Of a DNA stretch of 64,000 nt, positions 1-9,307 are shown piece after piece (positions within the stretch are counted from its first letter, which is position 1; every line of letters starts with the position of its first letter). The notes beneath the pieces were generated by a model. The model saw nothing but the letters and a program-made list of their open reading frames with translations. It made no database searches and was not told where the DNA came from. The position numbers and the translations under genes are program-made. The stretch lies in sequence record OR455461.1; one strand, 5' to 3'.

Positions 1-64
1 ATCTCTCCTCAGAATTCAATTATTATAATATTTTATTCTTTGGAAAATATAAAAAATTAATATC

Positions 65-826
65 TTATTTTGCTTTAATACCATCATTTTCACGCAATTT
101 TCCTATGAGATTAATAAATTCATTATAATTTTTATCTACTACTTTTATATAATTGTATCCTGAATTTTTAGCAACTTCATCTTTTTTCTTTTCTTTAATT
201 TCATCACGTTTTTGATAATGATTATTTTTACCTTTAATTTCTACTAATAAATTAAAATCAGGCATGTAAAAATCAGGCATGTAAAAATGTTCTTTATTAG
301 CAAATTTATAAGGTAATGCTATATTTGATGGTGATAGTACGTTATTTGATCTAAGATCCATTTGCGTATCTAAGAAGTTAAGGAAATCTTTTTCATAAGA
401 TCCTACATATTGAGTAGGCAATCCTTTGCCAGAACTCCAATGATATTTACCTGAAATTCTTCTATTTTCTAACATTTTATTTTGCATATCTGGATCATTC
501 AGTAAAGTTGTTTTACCGTATTTTTTATTCATTCTATCTTTAAATTGTTGTCTATATTTATCTTTACATATTTTATCGTGTACACGCTCATACTTTTCAG
601 TCTGTTCATTAAATTTAGTTGGTTTTCCACATATAATACATGCACCATGAGTTTTTTTATTTCTATAATTAAAATATACATTTGCTGGAGATAAATCACC
701 CAATTCTAAAGGATGTGTTTTTTCCATATGGTTATATAAACCACTTTTGTTAATATACTTTTTATTACAGAAAGGACATTTATGATATTTTGTTGCCATT
801 ATTAAATTCACCGTTCTTTCTCTCAT
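65..826 (-). CDS. Zn-finger PD-(D/E)XK (TnsA-like) nuclease
   Basis: N-terminal C2H2 finger (CPFC..HMEKTH), second CIIC..H..C cluster, C-terminal YMPDF..LLVEIKG nuclease motif; late-promoter motif AACA-N6-TA upstream (844-833, minus). Confidence 0.65.
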   Translation of the reverse strand: MRERTVNLIMATKYHKCPFCNKKYINKSGLYNHMEKTHPLELGDLSPANVYFNYRNKKTHGACIICGKPTKFNEQTEKYERVHDKICKDKYRQQFKDRMNKKYGKTTLLNDPDMQNKMLENRRISGKYHWSSGKGLPTQYVGSYEKDFLNFLDTQMDLRSNNVLSPSNIALPYKFANKEHFYMPDFYMPDFNLLVEIKGKNNHYQKRDEIKEKKKDEVAKNSGYNYIKVVDKNYNEFINLIGKLRENDGIKAK

Positions 827-920
827 TATTTATAAGATGTTGTTTCTATCGTTTATACATAAAAAATTAAGGATATATTATTTTATATAATATAATATTA
901 TATAGTATAAATATTGAAAG

Positions 921-1373
921 TTGGTGAATTATATCGCTAAAGATACAAAACATTTTAGAAAAGAAATATTTATGGCCCAAAATGTATATAACCGTCAAAT
1001 GATGTTAGATGACATGGAAGCCATGGGACAGACGATACAGAATTTAATCATTATGAAACCTGGTACATATCCAAACACTCCTGGTTTAGGAGTTGGTATT
1101 GAAGATTATTTATTTGAAATTTTAGATAATGATACAATTATGGATATAAGTGCCAATATAAATAATCAAATAACAAGATATATAGTTTCTCAGTCAGTAA
1201 ATGTTGAAGTAAGAATAAGTAAATTGGAAAATAGTAATGCAAATATAAATAGTTTAAAAATAGATGTTAATTTATCTGATGTGTTAGATATAAATAACCA
1301 ACAACTATTTTCATTTGTATTCGCTTCAAATAATTTAACTAAGAAAATGATAACTAAATTAGTACTTGCTTAA
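921..1373 (+). CDS. Baseplate wedge subunit, T4 gp25-like
   Basis: PGTYPNTPGLGVGIEDYLFE resembles the gp25/GPW signature; size about 130-150 aa (alternative ATG start at 972). Confidence 0.6.
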   Translation: MVNYIAKDTKHFRKEIFMAQNVYNRQMMLDDMEAMGQTIQNLIIMKPGTYPNTPGLGVGIEDYLFEILDNDTIMDISANINNQITRYIVSQSVNVEVRISKLENSNANINSLKIDVNLSDVLDINNQQLFSFVFASNNLTKKMITKLVLA

Positions 1374-1410
1374 ATATAAAATTAAAAGAAAAGAATGGAG
1401 AATATTATAA

Positions 1411-2862
1411 ATGGTAAGAAAAGCAGACAATAATGAACTTGATAACTTCATGTCAGAAGAGGAATTAAAAGAATTAGGCGTAGAAGCTGATAAAAAACAA
1501 GAAGAAACAAATAATAATCAAAATAAATCACAAAATAATCGAAATAAAAATAATAATAGAAATAGTAATAAAAATAAACGTAAGAAAAATAATAATCAAA
1601 ATAAATCGGCTATTCCGACTCAAAGAAATAAGAATAATCAAAAACAAGATGAAGAAGCTAAAACTGATCATATTGATTTTTCTCAACCAGAACCAGCTCA
1701 AAATTATAAAGACTATGATCATTTAACTCAAAAAGACGAAGAACCTAAATTATCTTCTCCAGCAGAAGATACTGAGTCTATGACTTTAGATCAATTTGAA
1801 AGTCATCAACAAGATCTTAATAAACATCAACAAAAAGTTCAAAAAGAAATTGAAGAACTTTCTAAAATTGATTCTAATGAAAGAAATAATATTTTAAGTA
1901 ATATTAATGTAGATTTAAATAATATTGAAATTATTTCAGATATTGACTATGATGTTAATAAAGAAAATACTAATTTTGTATTAAATAGTAAAGCTACTCA
2001 TCAAGTAGTATTATCTCAATCAGCTTATATTGCTCATATGGAAAGTTTACGTAACCAAGAAATTCTTTCTATTGCAGAATCTATTGATGATGATTATAAT
2101 TCAGTTTTAAAAAGATATCAATTATACTTCCATAAAGTTAATACAAATTCATTAGGAATTAAAAACTTCTCAGATTTTGCTAAGTTAACTTCTGTATATG
2201 ATGTTAGTACTTTAGAATACGGATTATATAATATCTCTTTCCCTGGTGAGACTAAGTTTGATATTAAATGTGGTAGTTGTAAAGAAGAACTTAAAGACGT
2301 TAAAATCTCTAACGATCAATTAATGTCATTTAAAGATGAAGAAGCTTATGAACATGTAACTAAAAATGTTCATAACATTACAACTAAAGAACAAAATGAA
2401 AAGCATTCACTAATTTCTAAAACTGAAAGAATCATGTTAAACGACTCTAAGATTATATTTGATATTATTACACCTACTATTGATAAACATTTAACTGTAT
2501 TAGCAAGTATTCATACAGATGGATTGAGTCCAGAAGAAGCAGATAGATTTAAAAATAACTCAACTGCTTTAATGCATGTTAAAAATGTATACGTACCAGA
2601 TCTAAAATCTCTTAAAGAAGATGGAAAACCTAAATTCCAAAAAATTCCTGAAGAATCACTTCAAGAAATTATGACAATTATTGAGAACTTATCTGTACGT
2701 GATGGGCATCAATTAACTGATAAGATATATGATTCTGTAGGTAAAAATGCTATAGAATATGCAATTAATGGAGCTAAATGTCCTAATTGTGGAAATGATC
2801 TTGGAAAAATTGATATCGATATGACAGAAGTACTTTTCAAGGAAGCTCTTCATTTGGTTTAA
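1411..2862 (+). CDS. Putative tail/baseplate hub assembly chaperone (T4 gp26-like) with low-complexity N/K-rich N-terminus
   Basis: Two CxxC motifs (CGSC, CPNC) near the middle and C-terminus; follows the gp25-like gene; overlapped by an open -1 frame (see findings). Confidence 0.5.
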   Translation: MVRKADNNELDNFMSEEELKELGVEADKKQEETNNNQNKSQNNRNKNNNRNSNKNKRKKNNNQNKSAIPTQRNKNNQKQDEEAKTDHIDFSQPEPAQNYKDYDHLTQKDEEPKLSSPAEDTESMTLDQFESHQQDLNKHQQKVQKEIEELSKIDSNERNNILSNINVDLNNIEIISDIDYDVNKENTNFVLNSKATHQVVLSQSAYIAHMESLRNQEILSIAESIDDDYNSVLKRYQLYFHKVNTNSLGIKNFSDFAKLTSVYDVSTLEYGLYNISFPGETKFDIKCGSCKEELKDVKISNDQLMSFKDEEAYEHVTKNVHNITTKEQNEKHSLISKTERIMLNDSKIIFDIITPTIDKHLTVLASIHTDGLSPEEADRFKNNSTALMHVKNVYVPDLKSLKEDGKPKFQKIPEESLQEIMTIIENLSVRDGHQLTDKIYDSVGKNAIEYAINGAKCPNCGNDLGKIDIDMTEVLFKEALHLV

Positions 2863-3128
2863 TCAATACTGTCGATAGTAAGCAATATAAGAAAAAAGTA
2901 TATGAAGATGCCGCTTATCTTGCTTATCTATTGGACCTCTTTGAAGGGCGTTTAAGTTTTAATGAAATACTTACTATGGATTTGAATATACTTAATTCAA
3001 TGACAAAAGCTAAAGAAAAAGAAATGAAAAATAAACGATTACAGCAGAAAAAGGTTGAATCTGCTACTAGAAAAGATTTTGATAATGGTATGCCTAAGTT
3101 GGATTTACCTAGACATCTTAATAGTTAA
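2814..3128 (+). CDS. Small ORF, probably a -1 frameshift extension of 1411..2862 (tail assembly chaperone GT-like)
   Basis: Frame is open from 2814 (after TGA 2811-2813) to 3128. No ATG/GTG until late, and no SD before the TTG at 2931. Confidence 0.45.
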   Translation, partial: YRYDRSTFQGSSSFGLINTVDSKQYKKKVYEDAAYLAYLLDLFEGRLSFNEILTMDLNILNSMTKAKEKEMKNKRLQQKKVESATRKDFDNGMPKLDLPRHLNS

Positions 3129-3151
3129 TAAAGAAAGGATGGATTTTCCAG

Positions 3152-3445
3152 ATGGTTCTTAGTACAAAAGAAAGTCAGAAAATCCTTCATATTTATGATT
3201 CACTAGTTGATAATGATGAAAATCTTTTATCATCTTTATGTCATTCAAATAAAGGTTTACTTTTTGTAGACCTTTTATATGACATAGATTATAAAATTAA
3301 AGAAGGGTTTTCTAAAGATAATAATGAATTTAATTACATTATATTAGAAACTGAAGAAAAAGAAAAATTAAAAGAAAAAGCTCTTTATAAAAAAAATTTA
3401 AAAATTGAAGACAACAAGGATTCTATAAGAATTTCAGTAGTATAA
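3152..3445 (+). CDS. Hypothetical protein
   Basis: 97-aa ORF with upstream AAGGATGG SD-like sequence; no recognisable motif. Confidence 0.6.
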   Translation: MVLSTKESQKILHIYDSLVDNDENLLSSLCHSNKGLLFVDLLYDIDYKIKEGFSKDNNEFNYIILETEEKEKLKEKALYKKNLKIEDNKDSIRISVV

Positions 3446-3462
3446 AGGAGAGAATTGCTTAA

Positions 3463-5220
3463 ATGAGTGAACATAAGAAAAATAAAAAGTTGGTATCAAA
3501 TATAGTAGATGAAGATTCATACAAAGAAATAGCTGAATTAACAATTGATACTATTTCTGGAACATTAATGAAATCATTAGGTTATTATGGTTCTACTACA
3601 ATATTTGATGACGGTATTAGTAGATTTGTAACTAAAGACGGATATAATATTTTAAAGAATATTAGATTTCAAGACACTATTGCTGCAGCAATATTAAACT
3701 TCATTAAAGAAGTTTCATTATCACTAGTTAAAACTGTAGGTGATGGATCTACTTCTTCAGTAATTAATTCTCAAGCTATGTTTAAAGAAATTAATGCTAG
3801 ATTAAAAGAAAAAGATGATTTAGGTGGATTTTCTCGTAAAGAAATTTCAGATTCATTAAATAACATGAAAGATTTAATTACAGAAGGTTTAAAAGATAAA
3901 TCTATAGAAATTAATGAAGATAATTTCTATAAATTAAAAAATATTGCTACAGTATCAAATAATAATGATGAAAAATTAGGTGAAATGGTTTACGAAATTT
4001 TTTCTCAAATAGGTAAAAATGGTTTTATCACACCTGAAATTTCAGACAATGAAGAAGATTACTACTCATTAACTAAAGGTATTGAGAAAAATAATGCTCT
4101 ATTAGATAATAAATTAATTAATGATAAAGAAAATCATTCAGTTGATTTTAATAAACCTCATGTAGTAGTAGTTAATGATAAACTAAAAGAAGAAGACATT
4201 AAATGGTGTAGTGAGATTGTTACTTCATTACAACCTTTCTCTAGTAAAGGTTTAGTATTTGTTGCACCTAGCTTTTCTAAAGAGTTTATTAGTTGGGTAA
4301 AAGTATTATTAAATGCTAACCGTAATAATGGAGGTTTAAAAGCAGCTGAAGCTGAATTTGAATTATCTGTAGCATCTTACAGTAAAGACCCTGAAGAATT
4401 AGAAGATCTTGCAATATATGTAGGTTCAAATGTTATTGATATGACAATAGATCCAGAAGATTTTAAAAAGAATATTGTTGATAAATTAGAGGATTCTAGA
4501 AGTAATCCATTAAATTGGATGGAATTCCAACAACAATATGTAGGGCGTACTGAAAGATTTGTAATTGATTCTTTTAAAACTCAAATCATTGAAGGTCATG
4601 GTAATAAAACTGAAACTGGTTCTAGAAGATTGAAAGATCGTATTGCAGAAATAAATAACGAAATTAGTTATTTTGCAGATATGAATTCAGAACAAGCTAT
4701 TGGAGAGATTACTACATTACAACGTAGAGCTAATTCTTTAAATAGTGCAATTGCTAAATTATATGTGGGTGGTTCTTCTCAAGCAGAAAAAATCTCTCGT
4801 AAATACTTAGTGGAAGATTCAGTGCATGCTTCTAAATCAGCATTGAAATTTGGTTATGTATCTGGAGGAAATCTATCAGTAAATAAAGTTATCAAAGATA
4901 TTGATACAGAAAAATTATCTGATTTAGATAGATTAGTCCTAGACTTAATTGATATTTCTTCTCGTGAAGTATATCACAAAGTATTAGAAAACTTTAATAG
5001 ATTTAAAAAACCTGAAATAGAATCTATGACTCAGACTTGTATTAGTAAAGATGCAATTTATAATATTAAAACTGCCGAATATGAAGATGATGTAGAAACT
5101 GATATTATAAACTCTGTAGAAACAGATATTAAAATATTAGAAACTACAATTAGTATCATTGGTTTAATTTCATTAAGTAACCAATTCTTAACTAATTCTT
5201 TAATTATTCCACAAGATTAA
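3463..5220 (+). CDS. groEL: Phage chaperonin, GroEL-like (AR9 gp228 type)
   Basis: SLGYYG, VTKDGYNILKNI, VGDGSTSSV nucleotide-binding motifs and YVSGGNLS equatorial motif; 585 aa. Confidence 0.9.
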   Translation: MSEHKKNKKLVSNIVDEDSYKEIAELTIDTISGTLMKSLGYYGSTTIFDDGISRFVTKDGYNILKNIRFQDTIAAAILNFIKEVSLSLVKTVGDGSTSSVINSQAMFKEINARLKEKDDLGGFSRKEISDSLNNMKDLITEGLKDKSIEINEDNFYKLKNIATVSNNNDEKLGEMVYEIFSQIGKNGFITPEISDNEEDYYSLTKGIEKNNALLDNKLINDKENHSVDFNKPHVVVVNDKLKEEDIKWCSEIVTSLQPFSSKGLVFVAPSFSKEFISWVKVLLNANRNNGGLKAAEAEFELSVASYSKDPEELEDLAIYVGSNVIDMTIDPEDFKKNIVDKLEDSRSNPLNWMEFQQQYVGRTERFVIDSFKTQIIEGHGNKTETGSRRLKDRIAEINNEISYFADMNSEQAIGEITTLQRRANSLNSAIAKLYVGGSSQAEKISRKYLVEDSVHASKSALKFGYVSGGNLSVNKVIKDIDTEKLSDLDRLVLDLIDISSREVYHKVLENFNRFKKPEIESMTQTCISKDAIYNIKTAEYEDDVETDIINSVETDIKILETTISIIGLISLSNQFLTNSLIIPQD

Positions 5221-5232
5221 AATTTAAACTCT

Positions 5233-5268
5233 ACCGAAACCATTATGAATTTAATTAATGGTTTCGGT
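5233..5268 (+). terminator. Intrinsic terminator
   Basis: ACCGAAACCATTA/TAATGGTTTCGGT stem followed by a T-rich run, just after the chaperonin stop. Confidence 0.75.
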
Positions 5269-5395
5269 TTATTTTTGCAAATCAATTAAAATTATATACA
5301 TTTTTAAAATTTTGATTTTTATTAAACTTTTATTTGCTTTTTTATAAAATTTTTGTTATAATTAAAAATGTAGTAGAAAACAAGGAGGAATTTTA

Positions 5396-6163
5396 TTGGT
5401 TAATATGACAGCTTCACAATTCCTTAAAAACCCTACAGGAAAAGGTTCAGCTACAGTAGCTAGACGTGATCGTATTATTTTAGATATGAGAACACGATTT
5501 TCTTATCTATATAAGAAAAATAAAAGAAATTTTAAATTAAAGATATTTCTTCATCAAGAAAACTATTATTTCTATTTTCAAATACCTTCAGAAGATTACT
5601 TCAAAGATGAATTACATTATGACGTAATCATAGAATTCAGACCACCTAATGAAAAAGCAGCTAAAACTAAAGATCTTAATAATTATTTAATAAGATTTAT
5701 AAGTAACTCTCCAAACTTTATGTTTACATATGGTTACTTATATAATAAAGATGATTTACTTATTAGTTGGCTGAGTTATAAATTAGGTAAAAAAGCTTTA
5801 ACTCAAGCTCCAGTTGTTAGAAACCCTAGACATGAATACGGATTTGAGAAATCAGTTTATTTTGCACTATTGTATTTAGAAACAAATCCTAAAGCATTAA
5901 AAAATCCTTTACATTTAACATTACCAAATAGACAAAGAATTAAGAAAACTTTTATGCCTTCAGATTTAAAGTTAAAAGAATACAATAGAATTAAAAAACA
6001 AAATACTCAAAAAGAAAAGAATAAAAATATTGTAACTAAGCAAATAAGTAATCAATTAGATAAAAGACGACAAGAACAGCAGAGGAAAACAAAACCAATC
6101 AATCGTAAATCCAAACCTATTGGAAAAGTTAAAAAGGTAAAGACTACCAAAAAGAGAAAATAA
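5396..6163 (+). CDS. Hypothetical protein with very basic C-terminal tail
   Basis: 255-aa ORF, SD AAGGAGG; Lys/Arg-rich C-terminus suggests nucleic-acid binding. Confidence 0.7.
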   Translation: MVNMTASQFLKNPTGKGSATVARRDRIILDMRTRFSYLYKKNKRNFKLKIFLHQENYYFYFQIPSEDYFKDELHYDVIIEFRPPNEKAAKTKDLNNYLIRFISNSPNFMFTYGYLYNKDDLLISWLSYKLGKKALTQAPVVRNPRHEYGFEKSVYFALLYLETNPKALKNPLHLTLPNRQRIKKTFMPSDLKLKEYNRIKKQNTQKEKNKNIVTKQISNQLDKRRQEQQRKTKPINRKSKPIGKVKKVKTTKKRK

Positions 6164-6253
6164 AGTTAAATATATATTATAAAAATGTATTTAATATAGT
6201 AATTTTAAATACGCTTATCATTTTATTAATTATCTAAGGAGAGTGTGTCTTAA

Positions 6254-7999
6254 TTGGAAAACAATAAAGTCGTAGAGAGAGAAGCTTTAAGAGAAGAAGA
6301 TTTAAATTTGAATGAAATAGAAGAAAAGGTAGAAGAAAAGAAAGAAATACCTTTGTTATCTAGTAATGTTTTTAAATTAAAACCGGTTAAAGGTAATTTT
6401 GAGTTTACAAATAAGTATATTAATTCAATAGACTTAGAAACTTATGAGAAAGAAGTAACTCAGAAAAATGGTAATAAGAAGATTGAAACTAAAATCATTC
6501 AGCGAGATGATATTGAAGAATTAATAAAATTTGTTGATGATACTAATGATACATTATTCATTAATGTACATAAGATATTAAACAAACCTAATTTGAATAC
6601 TGATTATGTTAATGACATATTTACAATCCAAATCAAACAACGTTCTTATAAGAGTATATTAGAGTACATTGTCAATGACATGAATTTTATATTTAATGAA
6701 ATACCACATATCATATTAAAATGTGCTAATATTTGTCAAAAAATATTTAGTAAAAAAGATGAATATAGTGAAGAAGAATTCTTCCAAGATATTCAAGATT
6801 TAATTGAAGATGAAGATTTAAGAAATGTTGTTTGTACTATCGTTAATGATAATTATTCCATTGATTTAGATAAGACAAATGCTGAAGCAATGTTACAAAG
6901 TAAAAAAATCATTAAAAAAGATTTACAAGTTACAGACCAAGTCAATAAGTCATTTTTATCAACTGCATTATTGCAAAGATTTATTATACCTTTTATTAAT
7001 CAGTATTATGTACTTACTAATAAATATCATTGTAAGAATACAGATGAAGATAAAGAGAGAACTAAGAATGGATATTTTAAAGCATTTAATTATTGTATGT
7101 GTATTACATCTTTAGATTATAATGTAGCTAATAATAATAAACTTTATAAGATAGTAGAACCTAAAGTAATTAAAACAAAATATAATGACAGAGTTATGTG
7201 GAAGTTTTTAGATTTACGTTCTATAGATCCAGATACAGTAATCAATAAAATAATGGATAAGATTATAAGACAAATAGTATGTAAATTATTAGTTGATACT
7301 TCTGCAGTATCTTATTTCACTTCTGTTATCAAATTCTCAATAGATTATGAATTCCAATTCAAATATCCTATTAAGTTCAGATCAATTAAATTAACTACAG
7401 ATGATGACGATGATGAAGATGGTTTTGATAAATTCCAAATGAATAATTTCTTTAAGCAAAATGAAAGATTAGATATTGCTAATAAAATAACTATTGATCG
7501 TTATATCACTGAAAAATTAAAAGAATTAAATATCAGTGAAGAATATATTAAGCATTTATATGACAAATTTGATTATATAAATGATTTACAATCTCATTTA
7601 ATTAAAGTTTATTTTGCTGAGCATTTTGATGTTAATACAAATGATAGAAAGAGCATTGTATCATTATTAGCAATTATGTCTAAAGAATTAATTGAAAATA
7701 ATATGGATACTTTAGGTAAGATAGTTGCTTCAAAAGTAGTTTCTGGAACTAAAGCTAAGAATGTGGGTAAATTATCATTAGATGTTATTGCAGATAAATA
7801 CTATGTATCTGCTTGGGATAAATATAAATTTATTAATGATATTACTGAAAAAGATAATTTCATATTAAGAATTGCATTAGTTAATGGTTACAAGTTTAGT
7901 TATACTCCTGAAGATTTAAATTCTGAAGAAGAAGTAATTGCTGATATTGATAAAAAATATTTCATTTCTGAAGTATCACAATTTATATCAAATTATTAA
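6254..7999 (+). CDS. Hypothetical protein; candidate promoter-specificity (sigma-like) subunit of the non-virion RNAP
   Basis: 581-aa helical protein, SD AAGGAG, early-type ATATATTATAA motif upstream. It lies two genes from the chaperonin, as AR9 gp226 does from gp228 (synteny inference only). Confidence 0.45.
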   Translation: MENNKVVEREALREEDLNLNEIEEKVEEKKEIPLLSSNVFKLKPVKGNFEFTNKYINSIDLETYEKEVTQKNGNKKIETKIIQRDDIEELIKFVDDTNDTLFINVHKILNKPNLNTDYVNDIFTIQIKQRSYKSILEYIVNDMNFIFNEIPHIILKCANICQKIFSKKDEYSEEEFFQDIQDLIEDEDLRNVVCTIVNDNYSIDLDKTNAEAMLQSKKIIKKDLQVTDQVNKSFLSTALLQRFIIPFINQYYVLTNKYHCKNTDEDKERTKNGYFKAFNYCMCITSLDYNVANNNKLYKIVEPKVIKTKYNDRVMWKFLDLRSIDPDTVINKIMDKIIRQIVCKLLVDTSAVSYFTSVIKFSIDYEFQFKYPIKFRSIKLTTDDDDDEDGFDKFQMNNFFKQNERLDIANKITIDRYITEKLKELNISEEYIKHLYDKFDYINDLQSHLIKVYFAEHFDVNTNDRKSIVSLLAIMSKELIENNMDTLGKIVASKVVSGTKAKNVGKLSLDVIADKYYVSAWDKYKFINDITEKDNFILRIALVNGYKFSYTPEDLNSEEEVIADIDKKYFISEVSQFISNY

Positions 8000-8016
8000 A
8001 AAAAAAATAATTTTAA

Positions 8017-8049
8017 ATCCCATACACTCAATTATAGAGTGTATGGGAT
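8017..8049. terminator. Bidirectional terminator hairpin (dispersed family)
   Basis: ATCCCATACACTC/GAGTGTATGGGAT stem between convergent genes, flanked by A and T runs. Confidence 0.8.
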
Positions 8050-8064
8050 ATTTTTGTTTTTTTT

Positions 8065-9207
8065 TTAGTTTCTGTTAATTTCTCCTTCAAATAAATAATC
8101 TATATTTATAAATGAATTTATAAATAATTCATCATTAAGTCTTTTTATTTCTAAGGGATCATTAAAATCTATTATTTGAGAAGATAAAATATTTTGTATC
8201 TTACTCCCATCAATTTCATCAACAATGTGTTTTTGATCAAATAACTTAAAGCGTTTGATTAACTCTTCTAATTTTTCTTCTTTTAAATAATCTTTAAAAG
8301 TATCTCTTAAAAGTGTCTCATTATTATATTCTTTTAAAGGAGATAATTTTGTATCTTCTATCATTCTATCTAATAGTTTAATTGTAGTTACTGGACCATA
8401 TCCAGATATAGATTTGTATTCTTGATCTTTATGATCTGAAAATAAGTTAAAAATATCTATGATACCAGAATCAATATTCATAAAATCATTAATATCTTTC
8501 TTTGTACTGGAACTGAATATTTCCCCTTTTATATTTTCTTTAGATATAACCTTGCTCTTTTCAGACCCTCGTAATTCTAAAAGTAATAGTCTATCTTTAT
8601 AATCTAATAATTGTCTATATATTTTATCATTACTTACAATTAAAGAATAATCATTTTCATTATCTATAGTTGTTTTTTCCATAATATAATAAGGTAATAT
8701 AGTAGGTTCTATTTTATAAGTATCAATATAATATGCATTAGGTATATACTTTACGATTGTTTTAACTAATTCTAATGTTATTGATATAGTCTTATTTATA
8801 TCTCTATAAGTTATATTATCTTCATTCATTTTCTTGTAGTATTCTTTTTTATAATCAGGATCAAATGAAGTGTGATATATTGATTCTTTATCTGAATAGA
8901 ATAAAAAGAATCTAGAATGCATATTTAATCTACTTGCAAAGAAATGTCTATAATGTCCTATAATATTTACTAATTCAACAACTAAATTTAATCTATTTTT
9001 AGTTTTTAAATGAGTAAAATTCTCTGAAACTTGAGGAGAATATAATTGCTTAATAACATTATTAATGTCTATATAAATGGTTACATTGTTGTTATTAGTA
9101 TTTCCTCTAAATCTTCCTCCTTCTATATAAGGTCTAACCAATTCTGTCATTTTATTGTAATTTAATTTTTTAGAATTTATTATTCTTTCAATTATTTCTA
9201 CATCCAT
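8065..9207 (-). CDS. 5'-3' exonuclease / flap endonuclease-like protein (T4 RNase H / T5 D15 family)
   Basis: IYIDINNVIK N-terminal strand, IVSNDK motif, H3TH-like SISGYGPVTTIKLL. Confidence 0.65.
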   Translation of the reverse strand: MDVEIIERIINSKKLNYNKMTELVRPYIEGGRFRGNTNNNNVTIYIDINNVIKQLYSPQVSENFTHLKTKNRLNLVVELVNIIGHYRHFFASRLNMHSRFFLFYSDKESIYHTSFDPDYKKEYYKKMNEDNITYRDINKTISITLELVKTIVKYIPNAYYIDTYKIEPTILPYYIMEKTTIDNENDYSLIVSNDKIYRQLLDYKDRLLLLELRGSEKSKVISKENIKGEIFSSSTKKDINDFMNIDSGIIDIFNLFSDHKDQEYKSISGYGPVTTIKLLDRMIEDTKLSPLKEYNNETLLRDTFKDYLKEEKLEELIKRFKLFDQKHIVDEIDGSKIQNILSSQIIDFNDPLEIKRLNDELFINSFINIDYLFEGEINRN

Positions 9208-9307
9208 TGATTATCTACATCCTTTCAGTATTATAATATATAATTAATTATTCATTTGTAAATTTATAAAAATCCATGTATAGCAATAACATCATTTTAT
9301 TAATGAT

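Noticed and set aside
3152-3445. 97-aa gene before the chaperonin as a GroES homolog
   Set aside because: Size fits, but there is no PLxDRV or mobile-loop pattern and it looks helical.
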